Shown here: in pieces, positions 1 through 13,959 of the stretch | How the letters are laid out: every line of letters begins with the position of its first letter | How positions within the stretch are numbered: the stretch's first letter is position 1 | Assembly: GCA_964016885.1 (NCBI GenBank) | Contig: OZ024748.1 | Span: forward strand, 8,866,001-8,930,000 | Length of the DNA stretch: 64,000 nucleotides | Origin: Eledone cirrhosa | Taxonomy: Eukaryota | Direction: 5' to 3' | The notes under the pieces: generated by a model | What the model was told of the DNA's origin: nothing | The model's database searches: none | Seen by the model: the letters and a program-made list of their open reading frames with translations, nothing else | Made by a program: the position numbers and the translations under genes

Positions 1-75
1 ATGTACTGGGGTTGATTTAATCGACTCCAACCAATTGTTATCCTTGTGCCTAAACCATAAACTATTTTAATTATT
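1..75 (+). mobile_element. SINE 3' end fragment
   Basis: GTACTGGGGTTGATTTAATCGACT...CCTTGTGCCTAAA matches the 3' part of the SINE copies elsewhere in the window (e.g. 38416-38640). Confidence 0.65.
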
Positions 76-504
76 ACTAACTTATTATAACTATTTCAGT
101 ATCTCACTCTCCCTATTTCTCCTTCCCCCATCTCTCTCAGGTTCCTACCTCCTCTTTCTCTCTCTCTCTCTCTATCTCTCCCTCTTTCCCTCTTCCCTCG
201 CTCTCTCCCTCTTTCCCTCTTCCCTCGCTCTCTCCCTCACTCCCTCTCTCCCTCTCTCTCCCCCTTCGCTCTTCCCCCCCTCTCTCTCTCAAATTAAACA
301 GTGAAATATGAATTCTAATTGAGCAGTACCAATTTGAAAAGACAAATTGTGGAGACTAATTTCGATCCTTCAAAAATTCGATCATTTTTATATTCTTAAT
401 TATTTCATGGTATTGCGACAGCGGCGAGGTTTAGTTTCGGTGAATGTCATTTGTAGAGCGACGCCTCCATCTTCCTCTCTTTCTTTTTATCCACAGTCAT
501 TCCT

Positions 505-815
505 ACACGCTATACATATGTACATATACTTATATACCGCTATACATATCTACATACACTTATATACTGCTATACATATCTACATATACTTATATACCGC
601 TATACATATGTACATACACTTATATCCGATATACATATCTACATACACTTATATACCGCTATACATATGTACATATACTTATATAACACTATACATATGT
701 ACATACACTTATATAGCGTTATACATATATACATACACTTATATAACACTATACATATGTACATACATTTATATAACACTATACATATGTACATACATTT
801 ATATAACACTATACA
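505..815. repeat. 30-bp tandem repeat, ~10 copies
   Basis: Unit TATACATATGTACATAYACTTATATAMCRC recurs every 30 bp. Confidence 0.9.
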
Positions 816-849
816 AGCATACGCCATATAAATAAATACATTTACATAC

Positions 850-1815
850 ATGTGTGTGTGTGTGTGTGTATGTGTGTGTGTGTGACTGTGTGTGTGTGTG
901 TGTGTCTAGGCGCCTATGTTAGCGAACGCCTATTTGTACATATAAAAATGTGTGTGTGTATATATATATATATAAATGGCAATAAGTGTGTAAGTGTCTA
1001 TAGTTATACATATATGTGTGTGTGTATATATATATGTATTTGTGTATGTATCTATATATGTATTTGTGTATATATACATATATATATATGTGTATTTGTG
1101 TATGTATATATATATATATGTATTTGTGTATGTATACATATATGTATTTGTGTATGTATATATATATATATATATATATATTTGTGTATGTATGCATATA
1201 TATATATGTATTTGTGTATGTATACATATATATATATATATTTATTTGTGTATATATACATATATATATATGTGTATTTGTGTATGTATATATATGATAT
1301 TTGTGTATGTATACATATATATATATATGTATTTGTGTATGTATTTATATATATATATATATATGTATTTGTGTATGTTTACATATATATATATGTATTT
1401 GTGTATATATATATATATATATGTATTTGTGTATGTATACATATATATATATGTATTTGTGTATGTATACATATATATATATATATGTATTTGTGTATGT
1501 ATACATATATATATATGTGTATTCGTGTATGTATACATATATATATATGTGTATTTGTGTATGTATACATATATATATATATATATATGTGTATTTGTAT
1601 ATGTATACATATATATATATGTGTATTTGTGTATATATATATATATATATATATATGTATTTGTGTATGTATACATATATATATATATATATATATTTAT
1701 ATGTATTTTTGTATGTATATATACATACGTATTTGTGTATGTATGTATATATATATATATATTTGTGTATACATACATATGTGTGTATATATATATATGT
1801 GTGTGTATGTATGTA
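850..1815. repeat. Compound (TG)n/(TA)n microsatellite with recurring TATTTGTGTATG motif
   Basis: Directly visible low-complexity array; source of spurious YI/CV ORFs. Confidence 0.95.
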
Positions 1816-2664
1816 AATAAAGGTATGATGTGTGTGCGTATGCGATGATACCTTGATCAATGATTGTGCTAGTAAGACTCATAGCCTGGATCATTAGTGA
1901 TATGCCTTTCCATAACTCCCTTATTCCATCCTACCCTCCACCCACCGCCATTCATTTCAAATCTCCACTCTATTTTCTTTTAGCAATTTTCAAGAATTTC
2001 TTTGCCGTTCTTCCGATTTCATTAATTCCTTGACGAAGACTGACATAATCAGTTTATTTATTCCTTGGTTCATTATAAACTGCTGAGAATCCCAATGTCT
2101 TTATGTTCTTCTTGCTTTTCATTCTAATAGAGAAATCAAGCAAAATTGATAATTGATATTTTATTAAGACCTGAGCACCTCGTTGATCTAGCTACGACCT
2201 TATCTACGAAATTGGCTTTTTTTGTCTTTTCTTTCTTTTCTTTTCTGTTTTCTTTTATTATTCAAATTATTTGAACTTTTCCCTCCATGCTTACAGAGTT
2301 TAAGTCTCAAGACATGTAAGTGGGTTTTGTCAGGGCTTCATCTGATCTGAGTACTTTTATTTCATTTTGTATATATTTGAATAAATGGCTGGATAAGACT
2401 AATTGTTTTACTAAAGCTAAGGACGAGAAACTTCAAAAAGTGCGAAACCAGCCACACAATTGGTTTAATTAATGATCAAAGAAGGTTTTGTTTTTTTGTG
2501 AGATGTTTTGTTAATGGTAAGAAGAACATTAAAAATGTTATTTAAGAGCACACAAGTTGGTTTCCATGAAGGGAGAAATATAATAGGAGTCTAACTTTAG
2601 TATATGTTTCAAGTTCATTACATGAAAATCTTTGGTTTTGATTGCAAATTCATTTACGAAGCCT

Positions 2665-2708
<44 letters not shown>

Positions 2709-2712
<4 letters not shown>

Positions 2713-4288
2713 TACATAATAGCATACGATACATATACATTACATAATAGCATAATGTACATATGCATTACATAATAACATACGATACATATACATTACA
2801 TAATAACATAAGATACATATACATTACATAATAGCATAAGATACATATGCATTACATAATAGCATTGCATTACATAATAGCATAAGATACATATACTTTA
2901 CATAATAACATAAGATACATATACATTACATAATAGCATAAGATACATATGCATTACATAATAACATAAGATACATATACATTACATAATAACATAAGAT
3001 ACATATACTTTACATAATAACATAAGATACATATACATTACATAATAACATAAGATACATATACATTACATAATAACATAAGATACATATACTTTACATA
3101 ATAACATAAGATACATATACATTACATAATAACATAAGATACATATACATTACATAATAACATAAGATACATATACTTTACATAATAACATAAGATACAT
3201 ATACATTACATAATAACATAAGATACATATACATTACATAATAACATAAGATACATATACTTTACATAATAACATAAGATACATATACATTACATAATAA
3301 CATAAGATACATATACATTACATAATAACATAAGATACATATACTTTACATAATAACATAAGATACATATACATTACATAATAACATAAGATACATATAC
3401 ATTACATAATAACATAAGATACATATACATTACATAATAACATAAGATACATATACTTTACATAATAACATAAGATACATATACATTACATAATAGCATA
3501 AGATACATATACTTTACATAATAACATAAGATACATATACATTACATAATAACATAAGATACATATACATTACATAATAACATAAGATACATATACATTA
3601 CATAATAACATAAGATACATATACTTTACATAATAACATAAGATACATATACATTACATAATAGCATAAGATACATATACTTTACATAATAACATAAGAT
3701 ACATATACATTACATAATAACATAAGATACATATACTTTACATAATAACATAAGATACATATACATTACATAATAACATAAGATACATATACATTACATA
3801 ATAACATAAGATACATATACATTACATAATAGCATAAGATACATATACATTACATAATAACATAAGATACATATACTTTACATAATAACATAAGATACAT
3901 ATACTTTACATAATAACATAAGATACATATACTTTACATAATAACATAAGATACATATACATTACATAATAACATAAGATACATATACATTACATAATAA
4001 CATAAGATACATATACATTACATAATAGCATAAGATACATATACATTACATAATAACATAAGATACATATACTTTACATAATAACATACGATACATATAC
4101 TTTACATAATAACATAAGATACATATACATTACATAATAACATAAGATACACATACATTACATAATAGCATAAGATACATATACATTACATAATAACATA
4201 AGATACATATACATTACATAATAGCATAAGATACATATACATTACATAATAGCATAAGATACATATACATTACATAATAACATAAGAT
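2709..4288. repeat. 28-bp minisatellite, ~55 copies
   Basis: Unit ACATTACATAATAACATAAGATACATAT with variants ACTTTAC and AATAGC. Confidence 0.97.
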
Positions 4289-4344
4289 CTTGAGCCTTTT
4301 GTTGTATAGAATAACATAAGATTTTTGATATTTTGTAGTAAGAG

Positions 4345-4500
4345 GTGTAGGCAGAGGCGTTAGAACGTCGGATAGAATACTTTACGGTATTCGTTCCAAC
4401 TCTCTACTCTCTGAGTTCAAATCCCACCGAGGTCAACTTTGTCTTTCATCCTTTCGAGGTCGATAAAAAAAGTACCAGTCTAGTACTGGTGTCGATTCTT
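4345..4500 (+). mobile_element. tRNA-derived SINE
   Basis: B-box GAGTTCAAATCCC followed by GAGGTCAACTTTGTCTTTCATCCTTTCGAGGTCGATAAAA-AAGTACCAGT body shared by many copies here. Confidence 0.85.
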
Positions 4501-4616
4501 CCTCTATATCTCTCTCACTTTCTATCTTTCTCTGGAAGAAATCTGCTGTACTTAGGGGCATGATAAGAAATGGGCTCCACCAAGCTAAAAACGCCCAAGA
4601 AACGCCATATCTCACT

Positions 4617-6166
4617 ACGGCGCCCCTACCACTCTATCTGGAATTACGGGACCATAAGGAAGCCAGACGGCGCCCCTACCACTCTATCTGGAGTTACGGG
4701 ACCATAAGGAAGCCAGACGACACCCCTACCACTCTATCTGGAGTTACGGGACCATAAGGAAGCCAGACGACGCCCCTACCACTCTATCTGGAGTTACGGG
4801 ACCATAAGGAAGCCAGACGGCACCCCCACGACTCTATCTGGAATTACGGGACCATAAGGAAGCCAGACGACGCCCCTACCACTCTATCTGGAGTTACGGG
4901 ACCATAAGGAAGCCAGACGGCACCCCCACGACTCTATCTGGAGTTACGGGACCATAAGGAAGCCAGACGGCGCCCCTACCACTCTATCTGGAGTTACGGG
5001 ACCATAAGGAAGCCAGACGGCGCCCCTACCACTCTATCTGGAGTTACGGGACCATAAGGAAGGCAGACGACGCCCCTACCACTCTATCTGGAATTACGGG
5101 ACCATAAGGAAGCCAGACGACGCCCCTACCACTCTATCTGGAATTACGGGACCATAAGGAAGCCAGACGGCGCCCCTACCACTCTATCTGGAATTACGGG
5201 ACCATAAGGAAGCCAGACGGCACCCCCACGACTCTATCTGGAGTTACGGGACCATAAGGAAGCCAGACGGCGCCCCTACCACTCTATCTGGAGTTACGGG
5301 ACCATAAGGAAGCCAGACGACGCCCCCACCACTCTATCTGGAGTTACGGGACCATAAGGAAGCCAGACGGCGCCCCTACCACTCTATCTGGAGTTACGGG
5401 ACCATAAGGAAGCCAGACGACGCCCCCACCACTCTATCTGGAGTTACGGGACCATAAGGAAGGCAGACGACGCCCCTACCACTCTATCTGGAGTTACGGG
5501 ACCATAAGGAAGCCAGACGGCACCCCCACGACTCTATCTGGAATTACGGGACCATAAGGAAGCCAGACGGCGCCCCTACCACTCTATCTGGAATTACGGG
5601 ACCATAAGGAAGCCAGACGGCGCCCCTACCACTCTATCTGGAGTTACGGGACCATAAGGAAGCCAGACGGCGCCCCTACCACTCTATCTGGAGTTACGGG
5701 ACCATAAGGAAGCCAGACGACGCCCCCACCACTCTATCTGGAATTACGGGACCATAAGGAAGCCAGACGGCGCCCCTACCACTCTATCTGGAGTTACGGG
5801 ACCATAAGGAAGCCAGACGGCGCCCCTACCACTCTATCTGGAATTACGGGACCATAAGGAAGCCAGACGGCGCCCCTACCACTCTATCTGGAATTACGGG
5901 ACCATAAGGAAGCCAGACGGCGCCCCTACCACTCTATCTGGAGTTACGGGACCATAAGGAAGCCAGACGGCGCCCCTACCACTCTATCTGGAGTTACGGG
6001 ACCATAAGGAAGCCAGACGACGCCCCCACCACTCTATCTGGAGTTACGGGACCATAAGGAAGCCAGACGACGCCCCCACCACTCTATCTGGAGTTACGGG
6101 ACCATAAGGAAGCCAGACGGCGCCCCTACGACTCTATCTGGAGTTACGGGACCATAAGGAAGCCAG
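4617..6166. repeat. 50-bp GC-rich minisatellite, ~31 copies
   Basis: Unit CGCCCCTACCACTCTATCTGGARTTACGGGACCATAAGGAAGCCAGACGR, contiguous, no unique spacers. Confidence 0.97.
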
Positions 6167-6285
6167 CAAGTAATAAGAGATAAAGAAGTCAGTAATTTAT
6201 GATTAGTTGTTGTGTAAATAGGACAAAAGCTCACACAAGATATGGCAGTAATATGTGTAGAAGAAATAATTGCTGAAGAAGATCA

Positions 6286-6503
6286 TAATAATTGTTTCTA
6301 CTTTAGGCTCAAGGCCAGCAATTTCTGGGGAGGGGAAAGCCGATTACATCGACCCACACTGCTTACTGGTACTTTTATTTATCAACCCTGTACGGATGAA
6401 AGGGAAAACTAACCTCGGTAGGATTTAAAATCGGAACATAAAGGGCCGTAACTCTATGCCGTGAAGCATGGTGTCTGACGCTCTACCGATTCTGCCAATC
6501 CAC
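6286..6503 (-). mobile_element. tRNA-derived SINE, full length
   Basis: Reverse complement of the SINE head (TGGCAGAATCGGTAGAGC), B-box region and tail (CCTTGAGCCTAAAGTAGAAACAATT). Confidence 0.85.
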
Positions 6504-8225
6504 TAAAATCAAAATAACAACAACTAGTTAAAACAAAAGATAAATCAAATTGAAATAGTAGGAAGACTTTTGAATGAGTTGATTAATTTAAATATTAAGA
6601 AAATTGGTAGATGTGAGATCGATAAAGTAGTAATAAGTCCTGATCATGTTAACAGGTATGTCAACAGGTGGTGAGAATATCAGACACGAGTTTGGGGACT
6701 TTTATCCGTCACCAGTGAAGTTTACTCACTCGATACTGTGACAAGTATAAGCTCCCCACCCTCTATCCCCCCTCTCTCTCTTTCTCTCTCTTTCTTTCTC
6801 TCTCTTTCTCTCTCTCTCTATCTCTCTCAGATCTTCAATATTCGTCCTTTCCCCTGCTTAATAATTTTTCAGATTTTTTTCAACCCCCCACCCCATCTGC
6901 TCATTAAATTTTGCTAATCTATCTCCGGCGAAATTGTATTGTAAGTGATTCATACCGATACAGCAGTCGGAGAATCTAATAATAATTATATTTCACATCT
7001 TCTACTGTCACGTACATATTTTTAGTGTATTCTTCAGTTGTGGTTAACAACTTAATTTTATAACATAGCTTTAAATATTCCCCGTCAAGACAGAAATTAA
7101 TAGATAGATTAGACTAGAATTTGTTGTAAATTTATCTTATAAATTATTCCTTTAGTTTCCATATTGTAACTGAAGATTTCTCTATGAAGAAGTTAATAAG
7201 TCAACTAAATATCTCGAGGTGACCAACTGAAATCTAAATTATATATTATTAATTGTCACTCAGATTTTGGAAATACAGTCAAGTATATACATAGTTAGTA
7301 CTACATGCTCCAAGATACTCTACAAGAAACCATTTTATTCAATTTTCTCTAATCCAGCCTGTTACATTTAACTAAGCTTTCGTTTTCCTCATAATTAGTC
7401 GTTGTCATTTTGTTGACATGGTATATATTGCTGTACAATTAAGATGAACCAACCGAAAGATTTCTAATTTTTCCCACATAATTACATGTAAACAATTAGA
7501 CGGTTTCCACCTTCCAACGCAATTATCAGCAACGAAAATAAAATATTCCGTAATTATCTGCTATGTGCATCGACCTCCAAATATAAATAACAGTAGACAA
7601 ACCATAAATTCATCAAACTCCCCCCGACTTAATGAACCGCGATAATTTAGAAATTTTATACAACTTTCTTACCTAATTAACCCTACTCTTGCAGAAATTT
7701 CCAAACCATTGATGGATAATCAACCACAGTTCAGCTTAAATTGTTTTTGTATGGTTTTAGTTAAGATTCCATAAAATTCCAAATTAAATATCGAATTCTT
7801 AGCTAGAGATAACGAATGATATATCAATAATATTAAGTTTTCAAGAATTATCTTAGATTATGTGTTTAACAGATATAACCACAGAACAATGAGTAGTAAA
7901 ACAGCTCAAATTGGAAACTGGGAAATAATTTTTTCTTGAGAAATTCAATGTTTTTCTTGAGAGGCTTGAGGGATTTCAAACTGTTAAAATTAGAAAATCC
8001 CGTTGCTAATATAGTTATTGAAATAAGCCAAATACTTTAAATAATTAAAATTACATATTTAATGATGTGAAAAACCATTTTGGTTAAATTCTTGATCAAG
8101 AATAGCAAGGGGAAAACCCACAAATTTTAATTGATTTTATTAAAAATCGAATGTGGTGAAATGGTGTTTGATAGTGGAAGCATTGTAGCTATTTAGTACA
8201 ATATTTTCTTGACTAGAATTAGTAA

Positions 8226-8750
8226 TTAATTGTTTCTACGTTTGGCACAAGGCCAGCAATTGCCCAGTACATTACTGATACTTTATTTTATCGACCCCGT
8301 ATGGTTTCTGGTTTAGGCTCAAGGCCAATCATTTTAGGAGAGGAGAAAGTCGATTAGATCGATCCCAGTGTGTTTCTGGTACTTTATTTTATCAACCCCG
8401 TAAGGATGAAAGGCGAAGCTAACCTCGGCAGGATTTGAACTCAGAAAATAAAGAGCCGTAACTCTATGCTACAAAGCACGTTGTCCGACGCTCTCCCGAT
8501 ACTACCAATCTACCACCCTATTACACCCCAAATGAGGGGGAAATAACTTTTCATTAATATCAATAATTGTTTCTACTTTAGGCACAAGGCCAGCAATTAC
8601 CCAGTGCATTACTGGTACTTTATTTTTATCGACCCCGTAAGGATGAAAGGCAAAGTCAACCTCGGCGGGATTTGAACTCAGATCGTAAAGGGACGAAACT
8701 ATGCTGGAAAGCATGGCATCCGACCCTCTACTGATACTGCCAATCCACCG
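8226..8750 (-). mobile_element. Cluster of three SINE copies (8226-8300 partial, 8303-8520, 8563-8750)
   Basis: Repeated GGATGAAAGGC(A/G)AAG..AACCTCGGC(A/G)GGATTTGAACTCAGA and GGCACAAGGCCAGCAATT motifs. Confidence 0.85.
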
Positions 8751-10676
8751 CCAGTCCATCGATTCCCATTCCAAGCTGTAGATAATGTCCCCGTGGGCCA
8801 AATGTCATAGCCTGACTAAATAGCTATGGATATGTGAGTATATATTCATCTAAACTGAACATGTGATGGTCTCTTTTTCTTTTCAAATATTTCAAAGAAA
8901 CACTGATGTTTTAGCATTGAGGTTTAGTTGACTTATGGTAATAATTGTGGAGTTATGTTACATTTCTCTGTTAAGTACACAGGTTAATATATCCGGTGTT
9001 GTTGGGAATATTACAACTTTCACTGAATGTTCACATCAGGAGAGTGTTATATAGGTGCTTGTATTTACAGTGCTTGTATAGATGTTTTAGCTGAGGGAAT
9101 CATGCACGATTCGATTGAGTAGCGTTCCATTAAGTCTTCCAAGTAAAAATCGAATTCCGATTTTCTAAACTTTAACTGCTGTGATCGATTAAGCTTTAGT
9201 ATAGAAACCTAATCAACGAAAACACTTTAATATTTTCCTTTTAATTTCTTACTTCAATAGTGAAGGTTTCTTGAAATTAAAAACTGAATCGTCCACTCTA
9301 AAGGTTTTAAATACTTTTAGCCTAATTACGTCTACCTGAATGTAACTATTTCAGTATTAGCCGTTGTACCCTGAGTACAATATTACAGCAAGCTTCTATG
9401 TAATTAGCTGTGTCTACTTGAAATAGTCGTCGCACTATCGTTCTTGGTAATTAACTCTTTCTCGCAAGAACTTTTCAATTGCTTTGATATAATTAAATGG
9501 AGCTAAACTAAAACAGAATATGTTGCTGCTTAATTAACTCTATCGAATCAAGAACGCTTCGAGATCTTTCTATATAATTAATTGTATGCAATTTAAAACT
9601 TATTTACACCTTGAAACATAATTTAATTCATGGAATCTAGAAATTATCAACACATTTGTACATAATTAATTATACATAATCTGGAAAAGTTCACATCTTC
9701 CCCCATTCACTGTTTGCTATCAAGAAACTATCGAAAAACTTTTATATATTTAACCGATTCCTATTTAAACGGATTACAACTCTATATCACTATCACAGAT
9801 TTTATCATGCTTATGTCTCTTAAACACGTGATAATTTAATTTTCTCTTTTTCTAAACTAACAGTATTAAAGCAACTGCTAAGAAAATTAATTGTATTCTT
9901 TTTTAAAATATTTCCAGAGAGTTTTCTACATAAATCATTGTAGCTAATCTAGAGTTGCCCCATCCTCCTTAATAAAGGGAGTATTCCGTCTAGAAGCTCC
10001 TACCACATTACAATGTAATTAATTGAAACTAATTTGGAATATTTTGATAAACCTCAACCTTCAAATTTTCGTTCCTTCATTACATAGCCACATAATTAAT
10101 TAAAGACACTTTTAATTAAGGAAATCTTTCTCAGACTTATTGCTGTGTATCTTTATTTCCAAGATATCCAAGCAAATAATCTGGAATCACAGTCGGGGGT
10201 TGGGTTTCTAATATTGACAAAACATACAGAAGACGATTGTCTCTTAGCTTTTAATGAAACCTATCTCTGGGTTATTTCTATAAGGTTCTGTTTAATCTAT
10301 CAGGTGCAAAACATTAGATGGATCGATGGGACTCCTTCTTCCATTCACAGTCGAATATCAAGACCTTCCTTTGCCTTTTACTTTGATGTTTGGCTTTTGT
10401 TTTCTACTAAGGAATACATTTCAGATAAGATTCTTACCCTATTGAAACAGTTTTAGGTCAGATTACTGCTACAATATGATAACCATCATTTTAAAAGACC
10501 AAGGTGTTTAACATATTTTTACGGAATTGAGAATTCCTGAAACCATATTAGTGCTGAGATCTTCGTTAATTAAGGATTTAAGTGAAATGTTTTGTGTGTG
10601 ATCTGCGGTGAGGAGGGTTAACAACAAAGGGGTGATGTTTTAGACACTGTTTAACATCCATGGTTGTATAGCAACA

Positions 10677-10790
10677 GTGGTGCCACACGTGACAGTACTG
10701 CCACACGTGACAGTACTGCCACACGTGACAGTACTGCCACACGTGACAGTACTGCCACACGTGACAGTGCTGCCACACGTGACATTACTG
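10677..10790. repeat. 18-bp tandem repeat x6, each unit containing CACGTG
   Basis: Unit TGCCACACGTGACAGTAC. Confidence 0.92.
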
Positions 10791-11409
10791 CTCTATTGTA
10801 AATATTACTTGAGGCTGGTAGAAAATCAACAAATGACTCGAATCGAATATTTTCTGGCCCTGGAAAGATCCTTAGATATTGTGAATTTAAGGATTGTTGA
10901 TACTTTGAAGGTTTTATTTTGAAGGACTAGTGAGGGTGTGGTACATGAATGCTCTTTTGTCACAGGTATTAAGCTTTTCAATATACTGTTGAACGAAAGA
11001 ATATTTTTCAGGTTTCTCTTAACTGAAGCAGTGCATGCTTGGTGTGTAGTGTTAATAGCGTGTGTGTGTATCTATCGTTGACAGAATATTTAGGGAGAGT
11101 GAAAAGGGTTATTATCTACTGTGGATTGTACATTAATGACCTGTATGCAAGTTATTAATGTAAAGGAAGGAGAGAGAGAGAGAGAGAGAGAGAAAAAGTG
11201 GGGGTAAAAACCCAAACATCGAGACACTATGTTAATAAATAAAATACGGGTAAGAGTGACCCCCCATCACCGCACGTTGCGATGGGTATATACTGACAGA
11301 AAGATTCCAGCCGAAGAGATAAGAGGTTGAGGAAGGCAATAACGAAACTGATTAGCTGGCAGATTACCATTACAGACACGCACAAAGGTTTTACTGGTGA
11401 ATAAACAAG

Positions 11410-11448
<39 letters not shown>

Positions 11449-12094
11449 GTAAAATGAAAACAAAAAGTGAAAAATAGATGACAGAAGAAGTAGATGAAAA
11501 TGGATTGCGTAAATAGGAAGAGAAAAAGAATTTGACGGAAGGAATATTGAGGACGTGAGAGAAATTGTTGATTTAAAATAGAATAGAAATGTGGGTAGGT
11601 TGAGAGAAAAGAAGCGAATTATTTGAGAAGTGATTGGCCAGAATATGACTTCGAAGCTGAATTTTGTGGAGACAGAATCGATTTTCAGAGAATAGTTTCT
11701 GGTTGAATGATATTGGTATGATATATTGTCAATTGGAACTTCAGATGTCTTTTCTTTAGTAATAGGTAACTGAATCGACGTATGTATTTATAAACAGGTT
11801 GTGTAAATAGGTGAAGCGAACAAGATGTAGAAACTCAGTGAGGATCGATTACACATATCATTTATTGATATCTCAGTGTATTTACTGATTGTCATAGTAT
11901 GACAAGTAATACTTAATTTCTGCTTTTAGCCTTTAGTCTTTACTACAAAAGGGATGTGGGTTCTCTGTACGCCGTAGCCTCTAATTTATCAGCTACCTAA
12001 TTTCCGAGTGTATTGTATTTATAAACCTGTGAAAATGTCTGGTATTACTAGTCTGTATGTAAACCTCCCAAGTATTTCATGTTTTCTTTAACAT

Positions 12095-12290
12095 AATAAT
12101 TGTTTCTATTTTAGGCACAAGGCCAGCAAATACCCAGTACATTACTGATACTTTATTTTATCGACCCCATAAGGATAAAAGGCAAAGTTAACCTCGGCGG
12201 GATTTGAACTCAGATCGTAAAGGAACATAACTCTTTGCTACAAAGCATGGCGTCCGACCCTCTACCGATACTGCCAATCCACCGCCCTTG
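12095..12290 (-). mobile_element. tRNA-derived SINE
   Basis: Same family as 8563-8750 (GGATTTGAACTCAGA B-box complement, CTGCCAATCCACCGCCC head). Confidence 0.87.
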
Positions 12291-13959
12291 AAACATAATA
12301 ATGTCATATAACTTCTTTTAAATATATCAATGATATTTCACATTTAGTGCAATATTATTGATTTAATGTTTCCCAGCTTAATTTGTCTCCGAATCTCATT
12401 ATTAGTCTGTTCCGTATTTGAGGCTCATAATATTGGTTTGCTACATAAGCACAAATCCACAAATTTGGGGGCTGATTCCAGCATTTGGTTTTATATCGGC
12501 TAGATTTGAACTCAAAACTTAATTGTATAGAAATAAGTACCGCAAGGTAATTATCTGTCTGCCATTCTATCGATTCTGCCAATTTATCACTCGTTTTGAT
12601 GCTTATAATATCAACAGCGGTTTGCAAACAAAGTTTGCTATAATTTATAAGGAAACATTTAAACAGCTATGATGTTATCGACTTTGAAATTAAAAAAATA
12701 ATAATAATTTCTTGGTTGTATTTTAAGAACAATCAACGGGAATGGAAGCAAACACCAACGTAGCTTTTATATTCACACCAAATCGAGGTATTTACTGTTT
12801 AACAGATTTAGCATGTCTCTCTGTAAACTGGGTCTTCACGCTTAAAGGTAATTTAAATATTTTCACACTGTTCTTTATAAGCAACAACAATACAAAATAG
12901 TTTAATGATATACAAATATGGCTGAGCAAATCAATCACAGGCACATTCACCGCTGTGAAATGTCATCATATTAACACGTACTAAAGACGAGTTTCATTTT
13001 AAAAAATACTTTCTTAAAAGACTCATGTGAATGAGGAAGAACAAATCAGCAAAATTTCACAGTTTTGTTATTAATCATTTAAAGTGAAAAACTACATATA
13101 TAAATAATGAGCAGAGGCTTAATGAAGAAGTGTAATAATTTATTCGACCAACAAACGATTCTTGTTTTTTTCCTAAATCAGAGTGAGTAAAATGGTTTGT
13201 AGTAAGATCTCTATTTTCTATATTTTGTTTATAGTATCTTCACATTGACACCTTTCAATCTGCATGCAACTCCATAAAACTTCATACAAACAAATGAAGA
13301 TGACAGAAATATAACTTCTTTTTAGAGAGTAGTGTTTTCATTTATTTATGTTTATAATTCGTGGATACTGAACATTTTATTGAATCTGTGATAAAGGTTC
13401 GGTTTCTGGTTAAATTCCTTGAGTTTATCTTTTCTATCTACGATTTCTTTCCGTACCCAATATTTTTGGTAGTTTTAGACTTATTAAAGTTTAGTATAGA
13501 AAATTAGTTTAGTATCGAAAAAATTATATTGAGTTCAAATTGTCCTCATTATATCTGGGTTAAACTCTTTGCCTGTTTAATGACAATAAATTGAACGGAG
13601 GACAGAAGAAAATCATTCGGTATTTACTTTGAATCCTTGTTCTCTGATTTAAAAATTCGTCAGAGTAAACTTTGTTTTTCAATCCTTCCAGGTCCAGTAT
13701 AAATGCATTAGAAACCATTCAAATATAATTACTTAACCAGCAAGAAGTTGAAATAAAACCTTCTTCAAAACTCACTCCCAACACACGTCTTTCTTTTTAA
13801 AAAAGAAACACATTGGGTTATGTTTACGTAGATAGACTGTGCCAGAATATACGTTGGAAAGTCTGATTCCTCAGAAATGATTTAAAATTAAACAATAACA
13901 TAAATAACAAAATTGACATGTTGCTCATGTGAATATTAAAGAATAATTGGTCATATATG

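Noticed and set aside
4617-6166. CRISPR-like appearance of regular repeats (also 22646-23408)
   Set aside because: Contiguous units with no unique spacers, no cas genes, eukaryotic context
7166-7205. CTGAAGATTTCTCTATGAAGAAG hammerhead-like string
   Set aside because: Lacks GAAA and a closing stem I/III
10145-10456. 103-aa non-repetitive ORF (also 36836-37180)
   Set aside because: Non-ATG start, no recognisable motif, length compatible with chance
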